A DNA stretch of 64,000 nt. Source: the human T2T-CHM13v2.0 reference genome, Homo sapiens. The stretch lies in assembly GCF_009914755.1 (NCBI RefSeq), contig NC_060933.1, one strand, 5' to 3'. Numbering within the stretch: the stretch's first letter is position 1; each line of letters opens with the position of its first letter. Of this stretch, positions 13,734 to 25,399 are shown piece after piece. A program made the position numbers and the translations under genes. Under the pieces are notes generated by a model. That model was given only the letters and a program-made list of their open reading frames with translations. It was not told the DNA's origin and made no database searches.

Positions 13734-13794
13734 TATTACCAGAAAAAAAATTGTTGAAAGAAAGTTTGTTCAGAATTAAAAAACAGCCTTCCTC

Positions 13795-14185
13795 TATCAG
13801 TTATAGAATGTCCATTTTCAGCTGACTCAAATAACAATATAATTATAGGCCAAGTCTGTTTTATCATATAGTGTAATAAACGAGATGGGGTGTTGACTTC
13901 AGGAATAGTTTGATTCAGAGTTTCATGATGCCATTATGGCTTTGGCACCATTTCTCTCCATGATGCTGAAGATTTCCCTCCTTGTCTGTCTTCAACCTGG
14001 CTTTTCTCATGATAGTAAGGTTGGCCATAACACCTTACAGCCTCATATTGATATACTACAGAGTCCAGAGAAAGGAGAAAAGTTTGTTCTGTCTTCCAGT
14101 TTTGTAAGAAAAAATATGATTCACCCTGCAATGGCAGGCTTAATTTGGACACTGAACTGAAAAACAAAACACTGTGACCCAGAAC
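13795..14185 (-). mobile_element. Second MLT1K/L-like LTR remnant
   Basis: GACTTCAGGAATAGTTTGATTCAGAGTTTCATGATGCCATT. Confidence 0.45.
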
Positions 14186-14449
14186 CACTGGGAACCACAA
14201 GCGAAACTTGGGACTACTGGAGAGGGGAGACATAAAAGCTGAGAAGGCATCTAAAATGCCTGTTATTTCCATGACATCAGAATTAATCGAAAATAAAACA
14301 ATGGAGAAAGGTTATAGGAGACTAAGCTCAGAGGGCGTGCATGAAGGGTTTTGAAGTCTGTGCTTAGAAGTCTCTGGGTTAGTCTCTTCCTAGAATTTCT
14401 CTGGAACACTGGCACTAGATGATCCTGTATCAGCAGTAATTAATTTTTT

Positions 14450-14625
14450 TCATCCATTCATCTATCCATCTTCATCCATCTATCCATCCATTCGTCTGTC
14501 ATCCATTTAGCATATATATGGTGGGCATCTATTTAAGCAATAGACTTTGACAAGTACTGACGCTACATAGGTGTATAAGGTACTGCCATGCCCCAGGGAG
14601 CTCACAGTCTAGTAGGGAGATAAAC
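14450..14625 (-). mobile_element. L2 3' end with (CATC)n tail
   Basis: (CATC)n at 14450-14506, followed by ...GCCCCAGGGAGCTCACAGTCTAGTAGGGAGATA. Confidence 0.65.
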
Positions 14626-14799
14626 ACTTAAGAAAATGCTGGCAGTATAGCCGCAGTAATGTCTAGGTAAAACTTGTTTTTTTCAGCAAGTTTTTATATC
14701 CCTGGTAGGATGAAAGTCAACAGAATTTTGTAACATAAATCCTATTGTGAATGTACCAAAAAGAGTCTGGAATAACATCTATGATTTATTGGTGAAGTC

Positions 14800-14970
14800 T
14801 AGGCTTGATTTGCATCATTTTACTCAATCTTCAAAACACTCCATGAGTTTGACATTATTATCAATGTAGCTAGTGAGAAAACTGAAACTCAGAGGGGTAA
14901 CATGCCCAAAACACTTAAGCAGAAATAAGAAATGAACTTCATTCTGACTGAATCTAAGGCCTCGGCTTCC
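14800..14970 (-). mobile_element. MIR
   Basis: CTCAATCTTCAAAACACTCCATGAG...TGAGAAAACTGAAACTCAGAGGGGTAA. Confidence 0.65.
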
Positions 14971-16647
14971 AGTTACTACTTTATGCAACACATTTTATTG
15001 GGATTTCAAATGTTCTTTGATATTCCAGTTGTGGATTTCAAATGTTCTTAGATATTCTAGTTGCACATAGTCATCTTGGTCTTTAAAACCAAATTATGAA
15101 TAATTCCAATATCCATGCCATAAATTGAAGCAATTCTAGTAGTTTTTCAATATTTTCTGTGAATTTTTCAGTCTTCTTTTCTCAGAACCTCCTTTGGCTG
15201 TGAGCTTCTTCCAGTGAAACCACTTCGGAATATTTTCTCATTCAGTGCTGTGATACCTTTCTGTTCTACACTGGATCAACTTAGATGTGGAAGCCAAGGT
15301 CTTCCTTCTTTGATTTCCAAAAAGAAGTAAAAAACGAACAAACAAAAATTGACAGGCTTATACCTGGGTAGATGACTTTATTGAAGAATTAAATGGTAGA
15401 AAGTGATTCATGCTGAGACAACACACACACACACATACACACACAAAACGTAAAACCTCAATTCTGCCTCTGAAAGTCCATTAATTGTTTCCATTTCTCA
15501 ATGTTCATCCTTCTAGCACATTTCAGGTCTTCTTTTGTCCCATTTCCTCTCTGTCCATCTCTGTTCTGTGTTTTTTATTTTTCTTTTCATCCCCAAATTT
15601 CTGCTAGATGGGTTTAGCTGTTTCTTTCCTAGACCCATTTAATCCATATTTTCAGGATGGCATCAACCACCCCAGGAAGGTTTTCAATGCATTTTCCTAG
15701 ACAAAGACAGTTTCCTCTCTCCAAAGATTTTTGAAGCTACTTTTAAACAGATAGTTTCACCCCACTGATCATCTCCTCAAGACCCAGATTAAGTAGCACA
15801 GGACCTGACAGGTTGAGTCAGGCTGGGAAGAGGTACCCAGATATATTAAAACATATTTTAAGGCTGAAATCCAGATAGTAGAGTGGCACAGCCTGTGAGC
15901 TGTGTAATGATTTATCCTCAATATACTTTAATAGATTAAAACTCTCTGACTGATACTAGCCGGTAGTGATCTTCTTGGACAGGCGTGGGAGGGTGGGCAA
16001 AGTTTTTGTTTAATTCAGTCTATGTCTCTAGTGCATAAAATGGAACCTGGAACATTTTTTAGATGCTCAATAACTTTTACCAGACCAAACTGAACCTAGC
16101 CAAGTAAGATAAAAACTATAAAATCAACTATTAATAGAAGTTAGATGATTTATCTTGCCCCTCACATTTTTAGTCTATTTTCTTATGCTTTCCTTCCAAA
16201 TTTACCAGACTTTTTTTTAGTCTAGCTTATCTGTGTTATGTAAAAGCAACAAAAAGAAAAGGTTTTTGCCATCCCAAACATAATAATGGTGGTCGTAGTG
16301 TCAGAATTAAAATGAGAAAACTATCAATTAAGCCACCCCTCTTTACCTATTGAGTCTTTTTAATGCCAAAATGACAGTATCCATGCATAGTTCTAAAATT
16401 GGAGATTTGTTCCATTATACATGTTTATACATTAATAATAATAATACAATCAGAAACCACTTTACATATTAGGATAGCTAATATGTAGAAAAAACCAGAA
16501 ATGTTGAAGCATTGGCAAGGCTGTGGGTAAATTAAGTCCCTTGTGTATTTCTGGTGGGAATGTAAAATCATGTGCAGTGCAGTATGGCAGCCAATCAAAG
16601 ACTTAAACATAGCATTACCATGTGATCCAAGAATTCCACTGTTAGTG

Positions 16648-16992
16648 CGCCATAGACTGAATGTTTATTCCCCCCTATGTTGAAACCTAATCTAAATGTT
16701 AGGTATTTAGAAGTGAGGCATTTGGAGATAATTAGGTAATGAAGGCATAACCTCGTGAATGGGATTAGTGCTTTTGTAAAAGAGACCCCAGAAAGCTGCT
16801 TCCTTGTCCCTTCCAACACATGAGGACCTAGCAAGAAGATGGCTGTCTATGAACAAGGGAGCAGGCCCTCACCAAACACCGAATCTCTCAGTGCCTTTAT
16901 CTTAGACAGCCCCCAGAACTGTAAGACAAGTGTTTGTTGTTTAAGCCACCCCATCTGTGGTATTTTTGTTATAGCAGCCTAATGGTAAGACA
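16648..16992 (+). mobile_element. MLT1A0-like MaLR solo LTR nested in L1MB
   Basis: CATAGACTGAATGTTT...GAATGGGATTAGTGC...GTTTAAGCCACCCCATCTGTGGTATTTTTGTTATAGCAGCC...TAAGACA. Confidence 0.85.
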
Positions 16993-17152
16993 AGGCATAT
17001 ACCCAAAAGAATGGAAAACAATGACTTTAATAGATATTTGTACACTCATGTTCATAGCAGCATTGTTTGTAATAACCAAAAGGTAGAAACAACTCAAGTG
17101 TCCATTGATGTATGAATAGATGAACAAAAAGTCATATCTTCATACAATAGAA

Positions 17153-17555
17153 CAGGGGTTCCCAACCCCCCGACCATGGACTGGTTCTGGTCTGTGGCCT
17201 GTTAGGAAACAGGCCTCACAGCAGGAGGTGAGCAGCGGGTGAGCAAGTGAAGCTTCATCTGTGTTTACTGCTGCTCCCCACCGCTCACATTACTGCCTGA
17301 GCTACGCCTCCTGTCACAGCAGCAGCAGATAGACTCTAATCTATCCATTAGATTCCCTTAGGAGTGTGAACCCTCTTGCAAACTGCGCATGTGAGGGATC
17401 TAGGTTGCACGCTCTTTATGAGGATCTAACTAATGCCTGATGATCTGAGGTGGAGCTGTTTCATCCTGAAACCATCCTCCCCGACCCCCTAGGTCCGTGG
17501 AAAAACTGTCTTCCAGGAAACTGGTCCTTGGTGCCAAAAAGGTTGGGCGCCGCTG
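17153..17555. mobile_element. MER1B-like hAT MITE nested in L1MB
   Basis: CAGGGGTTCCCAACC ... GGTTGGGCGCCGCTG terminal inverted repeats. Perfect 8-bp TSD CAATAGAA at 17145-17152 and 17556-17563. Confidence 0.92.
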
Positions 17556-20130
17556 CAATAGAAAATTATTCAGCCATAAAAATGAATGAAATTCTGATAC
17601 ATGCTTCAAATTTGATACACTTTAAAAATATTAGGGTAATCAAAGTAAGACAGACACAAAAAGATAAATATTGTATTCTCCACTTATTTTAGTATGTAGA
17701 ATTGTCAACTGTATAGATAAAGAAAGTGGAATTGTGGTTACCAGGGGGCTGGAGTGAGGGGAGAATGGGAAGCTATTGTTTAGTGGGTATTGTGTTTTAG
17801 TTTAGAAAAACGAAAACATTCTTGAAAGAAATAGTAGCGATGGTTACATAATGTTGTCAACACACTTGTTGCCACTGAACTGTACACTCAAAAGTGGTTA
17901 AAATGGTAAATTTTCCGTAAAAAGCCACCCCTAAAGGAAGAGCATTGCATGCAGGACCTTATGAATGTGCTGTCTCACATAAACCACAATCCTACAAGGT
18001 TGATGTATCAGTGCTTGTCTAATCAGAAGGCGAAAACGGCACCAGTTACTTGCAAAGATAATATTTAAAGTAAAAACGGTTAACCATATTACAGAGAATT
18101 GAAAAGCTGAAAACAGGATTAAAAAAAAAAAGGATAGTGGTATCCCTTCTAGGTCAGGAGCAAAATGAAAGAAATGAGAATTATTAAAACTGAAAAGGTT
18201 GGAGGAAAGCCTCCAGGGAACTGGGATTCAGGTCTCTGAGAAGGAAGAGTGTCTTGTGTCTCCGAGGAGATGTATGAGGTGGCTTCTGAAGGTGTTGAGA
18301 AAACTGCAACCCAGAACCACCTGCTGCTACAGAAATGCACTGCAGCTGCCTGGGTGAATAAGCCTGGCTGAGTTACACTGATAGAGATAAAAACATAGTA
18401 GGATGGAGTGTGTCTTTTCCTTCATCTCTTGTCTTGAAGCCTCACTTCAGCATTCCCCAGATGATAAAGAAAACAAATATATAGTGCAGAAATGTAGGTT
18501 TGGTGTTGAGAGGCAATTGCTGAATAGCTAGTATAGTTTGTAGGTTTGTACTCACTTTACTTATGACAACCCTATGATTTAAAGAGACCAGATGGCTTGC
18601 ATAGGCCACACAGTCAGTTCAGGGAAGGGCCAGTGTGTGAACTCAGCTCTCCTTCAATGGAAAGTATGTTTTATTTTCAATGGGCCATCTTGTTTCATTG
18701 GTTAATTTGTTCATCCATTTAATTATTCAAAAAATTCAATTCTTGAAAGCCTTACCAATAGCAAGCACTGTGCTTGGTAGGGCAAAGATTAACAAAATAC
18801 ACAGTTAAGTCAGGGATGCAAGAAGTAGCCAGATGAGTACAGGCAAATGGCATGTCCTATAACAGAGGTAAACATCATGCTATGGAGAGCACTGGAGCAT
18901 GCTACCTAGGAGGGTCAGCGTAGGTGCCAAAGGGTTGGTGACATTGGAACTGTGGTCCTGTCTGTGTCCTGTAGTAATTGAGGAAAAATAGACCTTTCTT
19001 TAGCAGGATTGTAGCATGATGAAAGCGCTTTAAAAAATTCCAGATACTCTACTTCTTGAAGATGAAGCCTATTAACTCATCACAATGTAGGCCTCAATCT
19101 ATGAAGCTGCCCTGTGAAGCTAAATATTTCTCCTTTTGCCATGAGCCATGAACCAGAGAGATGTTGACCTTTCTACAGAAATGGACAAGGATTAGAGGTC
19201 AGGGATTTTGTTTAAGTGGGTCACCTTTGAAGTCCTTAAGTTTCAGGAGATAAAAAGAGGTGCTCATCGGTCTTTCTTTCTGGCCCTGCCTTTGATTCCC
19301 AGACAAGGATATGAGAAATAAGATTATTGTGTCAGAACACAAATTCTCATTTCCAGGAATTTCCAAAGAGCCTAATTTCTACCTACATTTTAAGGCAAAG
19401 CATGAGAATTTCCCCCTTTTTTAGCTTCTCTTTATTTATAGAATGATTGACAGAAACTCTCAGAATTTTATCTTTTTTTCTCCTTCTGTCTCTCTCTCTC
19501 TTTGTGGTATGTTGAAATGATTAATAAGTGCTGCTTACTTAGTACTGACTGCATAACTCTGTGGTGCAAGCTGTACATATATTAGCTCATTTAGTTTTCA
19601 CAACTAAATATGAAAGAAAATAGGGCTCAGAAGAGACACGTAACTTGACCAAATTCACACAGTGTCTAAACAACAAGAAAAAAATATATATATATCTATT
19701 ACCAGATTACAGGCCAAACTAGTGGAATAGCTTGCCTCTGAAAGATGCAAGTTCTTTCTCCTTTACGATAACCCTTCTCCCCTTTATAATTCAAGTATTT
19801 GGCCAAAGGTAAATTAGAATACTTTGCCACCAAAATAATGCTGTTTCAGAAATGAAAATGTCATTCAGACAAAAACATGTTTCCATATTAGTCTTTGCTT
19901 ATGCTGGAAATTTCCACTATTTCACACAATTCAATTAAGATGTGTTTCATTTCTACTATGTATATGGCATTGTTCTTAGCATTAGAGATACCAAATATCG
20001 GTTAATTTTGGTCTCTACTATCACGAAGCTCAAAGTCTAATTTACCAGTTATTTTCATCTTCAGGGGAGAGCAGAGGAATAGATCCATGACTTCAATTCC
20101 AGACCTGCTGTGGAAAAATCATCCTTTCCT

Positions 20131-20955
20131 ATGAACAGACACTTCTCAAAAGAAGACATTTATGCAGCCAACAAACACAGGAAAAAAAGTTCATCATCAC
20201 TGGTCATTAGAGAAATGCAAATCAAAACCACAATGAGATACCATCTCACGCCAGTTAGAATGGCAATCATTAAAAAGTCAGGAAACAACAGATGCTGGAG
20301 AGGATGTGGAGAAATAGGAACACTTACACTGTTGGTGGGAATGTAAATTAGTTCGACCATTGTGGAAGACAGTGTGGCAATTCCTCAAGGATGTAGAACT
20401 AGAAATACCATTTGACCCAGCAATATCTTTACTGGGTATGTACCCAAAGGATTATAAATCATTCTCCTATAAAGACACATGCACATGTATGTTTATTGCA
20501 GCACTATTCACAATAGCAAAGTCTTGGAACCAACCCAAATATCCATCAATGATAGACTGGATAAAGAAATGTGGCACATATACACCATGGAATACTGTGC
20601 AGCTATAAAAAAGGATGAGTTCATGTCCTTTGCAGGGACATGGATGAAGCTGGAAACCATCATTCTCAGCAAACAAACACTAGAACAAAAAACCAAACAT
20701 CACATGTTCTCACTCATAAGTGGGAGTTGAACAATGAGAACACATGGACACAGGGAGGGGAACATCACACACTGGGGCCTGTCAGCGGTTGGGGGGCTAG
20801 GGGAGGGATAGCATTAGGAGAAATACCTAATGTAGGTGACAGGTTGATGGGTGCAGCAAACCACCATGGCACATGTATACCTATGTAACAAACCTGCAAG
20901 TTCTGCACATATACCCCATAACTTAAAGTATAATTTAAAAAAAAAGGAAAAAAAA
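20131..20955 (+). mobile_element. 5'-truncated L1PA7/8-like element
   Basis: ORF2 C-terminal remnant ([11 protein letters not shown]...), 3' UTR and poly-A tail. 18-bp TSD GAAAAAT(C/G)ATCCTTTCCT at 20113-20130 and 20956-20973. Confidence 0.93.
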
Positions 20956-21363
20956 GAAAAATGATCCTTTCCTTAAACCAAAAGGAGGAAGCTTCTGTGA
21001 AAAAGGGAAATGATAACTAAAATTCTCTTCTTCATTTTCATTGCCTTAATTTTTTTCTCTCTCCCCATTGGGTTATAATAGCATGTCAGGTCCAGAGGCA
21101 GCTTTCTTTATGAAGATATTATTTAAAAAGGTTTGTTTTTTTTTGTTTTTGTTTTTTTTTTCTTTTTAACTCTGGAGGAGACAGAACATTAAGTTGAGGC
21201 CTACGGGAAAAATACATAACAACTGATTTGAGTGATTTATCTGGGGGCTTACGGAGGGCAAAAGAGGGTTCTTTGACATCTCTAAGACAGCCTACCTCAT
21301 CAACAAAGGATAAATTATTTGAGGCAGAAAGTCTATTTAACAAGCATTAAAGAATAAAGATTC

Positions 21364-21664
21364 GGCCGGGCGCGGTGGCTCACGCCTGTAATCCCAGCAC
21401 TTTCGGAGGCCGAGGCGGGCGGATCACGAGGTTAGGAGATCGAGACCATCCTGGCTAACACCGTGAAACCCCGTCTCTACTAAAAATACCAAAAATTAGC
21501 CGGGCGTGGTGGCGGGCGCCTGTAGTCCCAGCTGCTCCGGAGGCTGAGGCAAGAGAATGGCGTAAACCCACGAGGCGGAGCTTTCAGTGAGCCCAGATCG
21601 CGCCACTGCACTCCAGCCTGGGAGACAGAGGGAGATTCCTTCTAAAAAAAAAAAAAAAAAAAAA
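21364..21664 (+). mobile_element. AluY, CpG-rich
   Basis: AluY diagnostics (GAGATCGAGACCATCCTGGCTAAC, GAATGGCGT, GGAGCTT) and poly-A tail. TSD AAAGAATAA(AGA/GGG)TTC at 21349-21363 and 21665-21679. Confidence 0.95.
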
Positions 21665-21849
21665 AAAGAATAAGGGTTCACTGAAATGTTCTCTGTGTAC
21701 CATGCTAGGTGAGAGGTAAGTTGGTGGGTGGTAGTAATGGACAAGGCAAGGAAACCTTCACGTTCTTTTGGATCTCTATTTTCCATAGGAGCAGTTCGAA
21801 ACCTAGAGAAATTAAGACTGTTCTAAGATCACAGTCAGCACAGGATGAA

Positions 21850-22460
21850 ATCCTGCGCCTTCCGGTTCCAAAAGTAGTGTTCGCTTTTTTTACGACATCC
21901 TACCACGAAGTACCATCCCTGAGAACCCCCTTGACACTGAAGGTGCATTTATATAAACATTAAAAAGTGGTATCTGCAGAGTCCACACCAATCCATCTTT
22001 TAAATCTTGCTTTTCACGGCATCATTATGGGAGCGCGCTTCACAAAGAGCTCTCTGTAGATGCTATTACCCGGCACGGCGGCTTTGGAAAGTGGGCTGAA
22101 GAAACTGAGTTTGTGCAGCAGCACATGTTAACATGAGTTATAATATGTCAGGGGCCTCGTGTTAACGATCAGAGAACCTATTCAGCTCCTTTAAGGTTAA
22201 TCAACTCAGCATTTGTGCCAGGTGTAATGTCTAATTAAAATGATGGACGGGCAGAGAATGCCTCTGGGCAGAGGGAGGAGATGGCACAAAGAGGGAGCAC
22301 CCGTGCCATATTGGTTTGGAAAATCAATAAGAGGAGCTCATTTTATCCCAGTGTTATCTGTGCATTTGCCATTCAGTGGCTCATTTGGAAAAGTGCCAAC
22401 TGGCTGATGAGTAGGCTCAGCGGTGCTGTGTTTTCAGCACTTAGGGATGCTTTGGTGAGA
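21850..22460. promoter_or_regulatory. Putative cis-regulatory element (CpG-enriched, mostly unique block)
   Basis: Local CpG excess over the window background. Contains CCGGAAG (ETS, minus strand), TAATTA, ACAAAG and TGGCA/TGCCAA motifs. Inference only. Confidence 0.4.
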
Positions 22461-22659
22461 GAAAGCTATGCAGTAGCCTAGGATGTCTCTGAAGGGAACC
22501 AGAGAGAGGGAAGTATGGCCATCATGGCTTTCACTTTGAATCGTGAAATCTAAGAGTTGGGAGGAAGCTATAGAAAAAAGCCACCAGAGTAAGAATGGGG
22601 CAGTATGAGTTTGAACACCAGTTCTGTCACTAAATAGATTTTTTAAATAAATAAACTCA

Positions 22660-23072
22660 TTTTATTTTTTAATTTTTATAAAATTTAAAAATTTTAATCT
22701 TTTAATTTTTATAAATTTAAAAATTTTAATATTTTTTAATTTATAAAATTTAATTTTATAAATTTTTAATTTTGTAATTATAATTTTATTTTAATTTTAA
22801 TTTTTTATATAACAAAAATAATTGTATATATTTATGGAGTACATAGTGATATTTAAATATATGTAATGTATAATAATTAGATCATGGTAATTAGCATATC
22901 CATCATTTCAAATAGTTATCACTTCTTTGTGTTGGGAACACTCAATATTCTAGCTGTCTGAAACTATATAATATACTATTATTAACTATAGTCATCCTAC
23001 AAGGGCATAGAGTATTAGAACTTATTCCTCTTCACTATCTGTAACTTTATATCCTTTAAAAAAGTTCTCCCT
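22660..23072 (-). mobile_element. L1MA 3' fragment with expanded AT-rich tail, inserted in a MIR
   Basis: AT-rich tract at 22660-22810, then AATAATTGTATATATTTATGGAGTACATAGTGAT...TTAACTATAGTCATCCTAC. MIR-like sequence on both sides. Confidence 0.8.
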
Positions 23073-24558
23073 GTGGATTCTTAATGTTGGGGAAGTATTC
23101 TCAGCCCTCAATTTCATCACCTGCAAACATATAAAATCATAGCATTAGCTGCCTTGCTTACTACCTAATATTACTGGGAGGATTGGAAGAAGTTTTAAGT
23201 GTGAAAATATTATGTAATAACATATAATTTTAAAATGTGTATTTAAATATGTATGATTATTTAATCTGTATGATTTTTTAAAACTATATATTAATTTATG
23301 TAATAAAAATTTTTTGAACACCTACTATGGGCTAAATGCTGTTCTAAACACTAAGGATGCATCAAGAAATAGACAATATGATTGCTCCAAGAAAGCTAAA
23401 TACCTAGTGATAGAGAAAGTTCTCACAGATACTCGATTATATCTACTTATGTCAGGTAAAATTTTCTCATCCCATCTTTGGGAAATCCACACCAGGGAAC
23501 CAGCTGGAAGGTCAGTTGCATAGAAAATATGTAGGGGGTGAAAGATTATGCAAAGAATATACCAATTATTTTAAGAATTAAATGAACAATCTTATTTAAA
23601 TCACAATGAATGCATGACTAAATAGATGGTGGTATCAATGTGTACCATGTAATGATAGCCAAAAACTCACAGCAATTACTTTCATCATTGTTGGGATAAA
23701 CCAAAAAATAACTCAAATTGAAATGTACATATAGCAGCAGTTGGAAAACACAGCTGATCTAAGATGGCACAAATGATACAAAGATATCTCGCTTTAAAAC
23801 TCTGGAGACTCCAGCTCTCAGGTTTGCAAATATACATGGGAGATTTTCACCATTGCCAAAAGTGAAATGACACCAGAAACTTTATTACAGCAAGGAAATA
23901 GAGTCCTCAGTAAATTTTAGCTTGGTATTAATTTTTAATTTATTGATATCTGATGTTGGTGACAACCAGTATCTTTCTTAGAAGATAATTCATAAATAAA
24001 TTTTATAAAAATATAAATTTCTTCATAATTCACCTTGAAATACTAAACAATGGCAAAATAAATGCAATTTTTAAATTTTAATTCACAACCCACCAAAGTA
24101 CTTTGGTAACCTACCAATGAGTTGTGCTCTATAATTTGAGAATTAAATATGACAGGATTATATGCGTTTTCTGGGAGATGATTCTCTAATCTCAGTTTGA
24201 TCACTTTGTTTTGGGAGATCCTTCCATACCCACACCACTGCAAGAGAACCATGGAGGCATGCAGCTTGTTGAATTTTCTTGTCCACAATATATATTAATT
24301 TATATATACATTCATTATGAAACTTTTATTAGAAACCTACTCTTTGTCAATTGTTTTGCTGTAGATTATGGAAAAGAGAAAATGTATGGGAAAGATGACA
24401 ATCATTAATTGATTGAAGATGCCCTTAATTGGCATATGGGGTCTCTTGGAATCAAACTATTTTAAATATCACAAGGCAGATAGTTATTATCTTGCAGTGT
24501 GAAATAAATGAAGCCTTGACATTATGGCATAGAGGAAGTGAGTTAACAGAAATATGTA

Positions 24559-24995
24559 CAATTGGCCTTTGAACAACGCAGGGGTTTGGGGAATGGACTC
24601 CCCTGTGTAGTTGAAAAATCCATATATAATTGATTTCCCCAAAACAACTACTAATAAGGTATTGTTGACTGGAAGCCATACTAACAACATAAACAGTCAA
24701 TAAATATTCTGTTATATATATTTATTATATACTGAAATCTTACAATAAAGTAAGCTAGAGAATATAAAATGTTATTAAGAAAATCACAAGGAAGAGAAAA
24801 TACATTTATTATTTTTTAAGTGGAAGTGGGTCATCCTAAAGATCTTCATCCTCATTGTCTTTATACTGATTAGACAGAGGAAGAGAAGGAAGAGAAGGGA
24901 TTGGTCTTGCTGTCTCAGGAGTAGCAGAGGCAGAAGAAAATCCAAGTAGAAGTACGCTTTCACAGTTCAAACCTGTGTTGTTTAAGGGCCAAATG
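24559..24995. mobile_element. Tigger2a (MER28) DNA transposon, complete
   Basis: TIRs CAATTGGCCTTTGAACAAC / GTTGTTTAAGGGCCAAATG flanked by a TA duplication. Internal TTACAATAAAGTAAGCTAGAGAA. Confidence 0.9.
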
Positions 24996-25039
24996 TACTT
25001 GCAAATGGATGGCCCTGAAAATAAATTACTTACAGAGAT

Positions 25040-25399
25040 TGTCTTAGTTTATTGGGCTGCTGTAATGAACTACCGTAACATGGGTGGCTTATAAATAACA
25101 GAAATTTACTTCTTAAAGTTCTGGAAGCTTGGAAGTCCAAGATCAAGACACCAGCAGATTCAGCATCTGCCAGCTGAGGGCTTACTTACTGGTTCTTGGA
25201 CAGTACTTTCTTGCTATGTTCTCACATGGGTTACAAGTCTCTCTTGTGTCTCTTTTATAATGACAGTCTCCCATTCATGAGGGCTCCATCCTCATGACTT
25301 AACTACCTTCAAAAGCCCTCACACTCTAATACTGTCACATTGGGGATTAGGATTCCAACATGTGAACTGTGGGGGAACACAAGCATTCAGGCCATAGCA
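25040..25399 (-). mobile_element. MLT1A-like MaLR solo LTR
   Basis: TGTCTTAGTT...GGGCTGCTGTAA...AACAGAAATTTA...TTCTGGAAGC...GGAAGTCCAAGATCAAG ... CATTCAGGCCATAGCA. Confidence 0.85.

Larger units (their letters stand above)
16430..17915 (+). mobile_element. L1MB-type 3' fragment, split by MLT1A0 and MER1B
   Basis: CTGGTGGGAATGTAAAAT...TTACCATGTGATCCAAGAATTCCACT | GGCATATACCCAAAAGA...GTTCATAGCAGCATT | ATTATTCAGCCATAAAAATGAATGAAAT...GGTTAAAATGGTAAATTTT. Confidence 0.85.
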
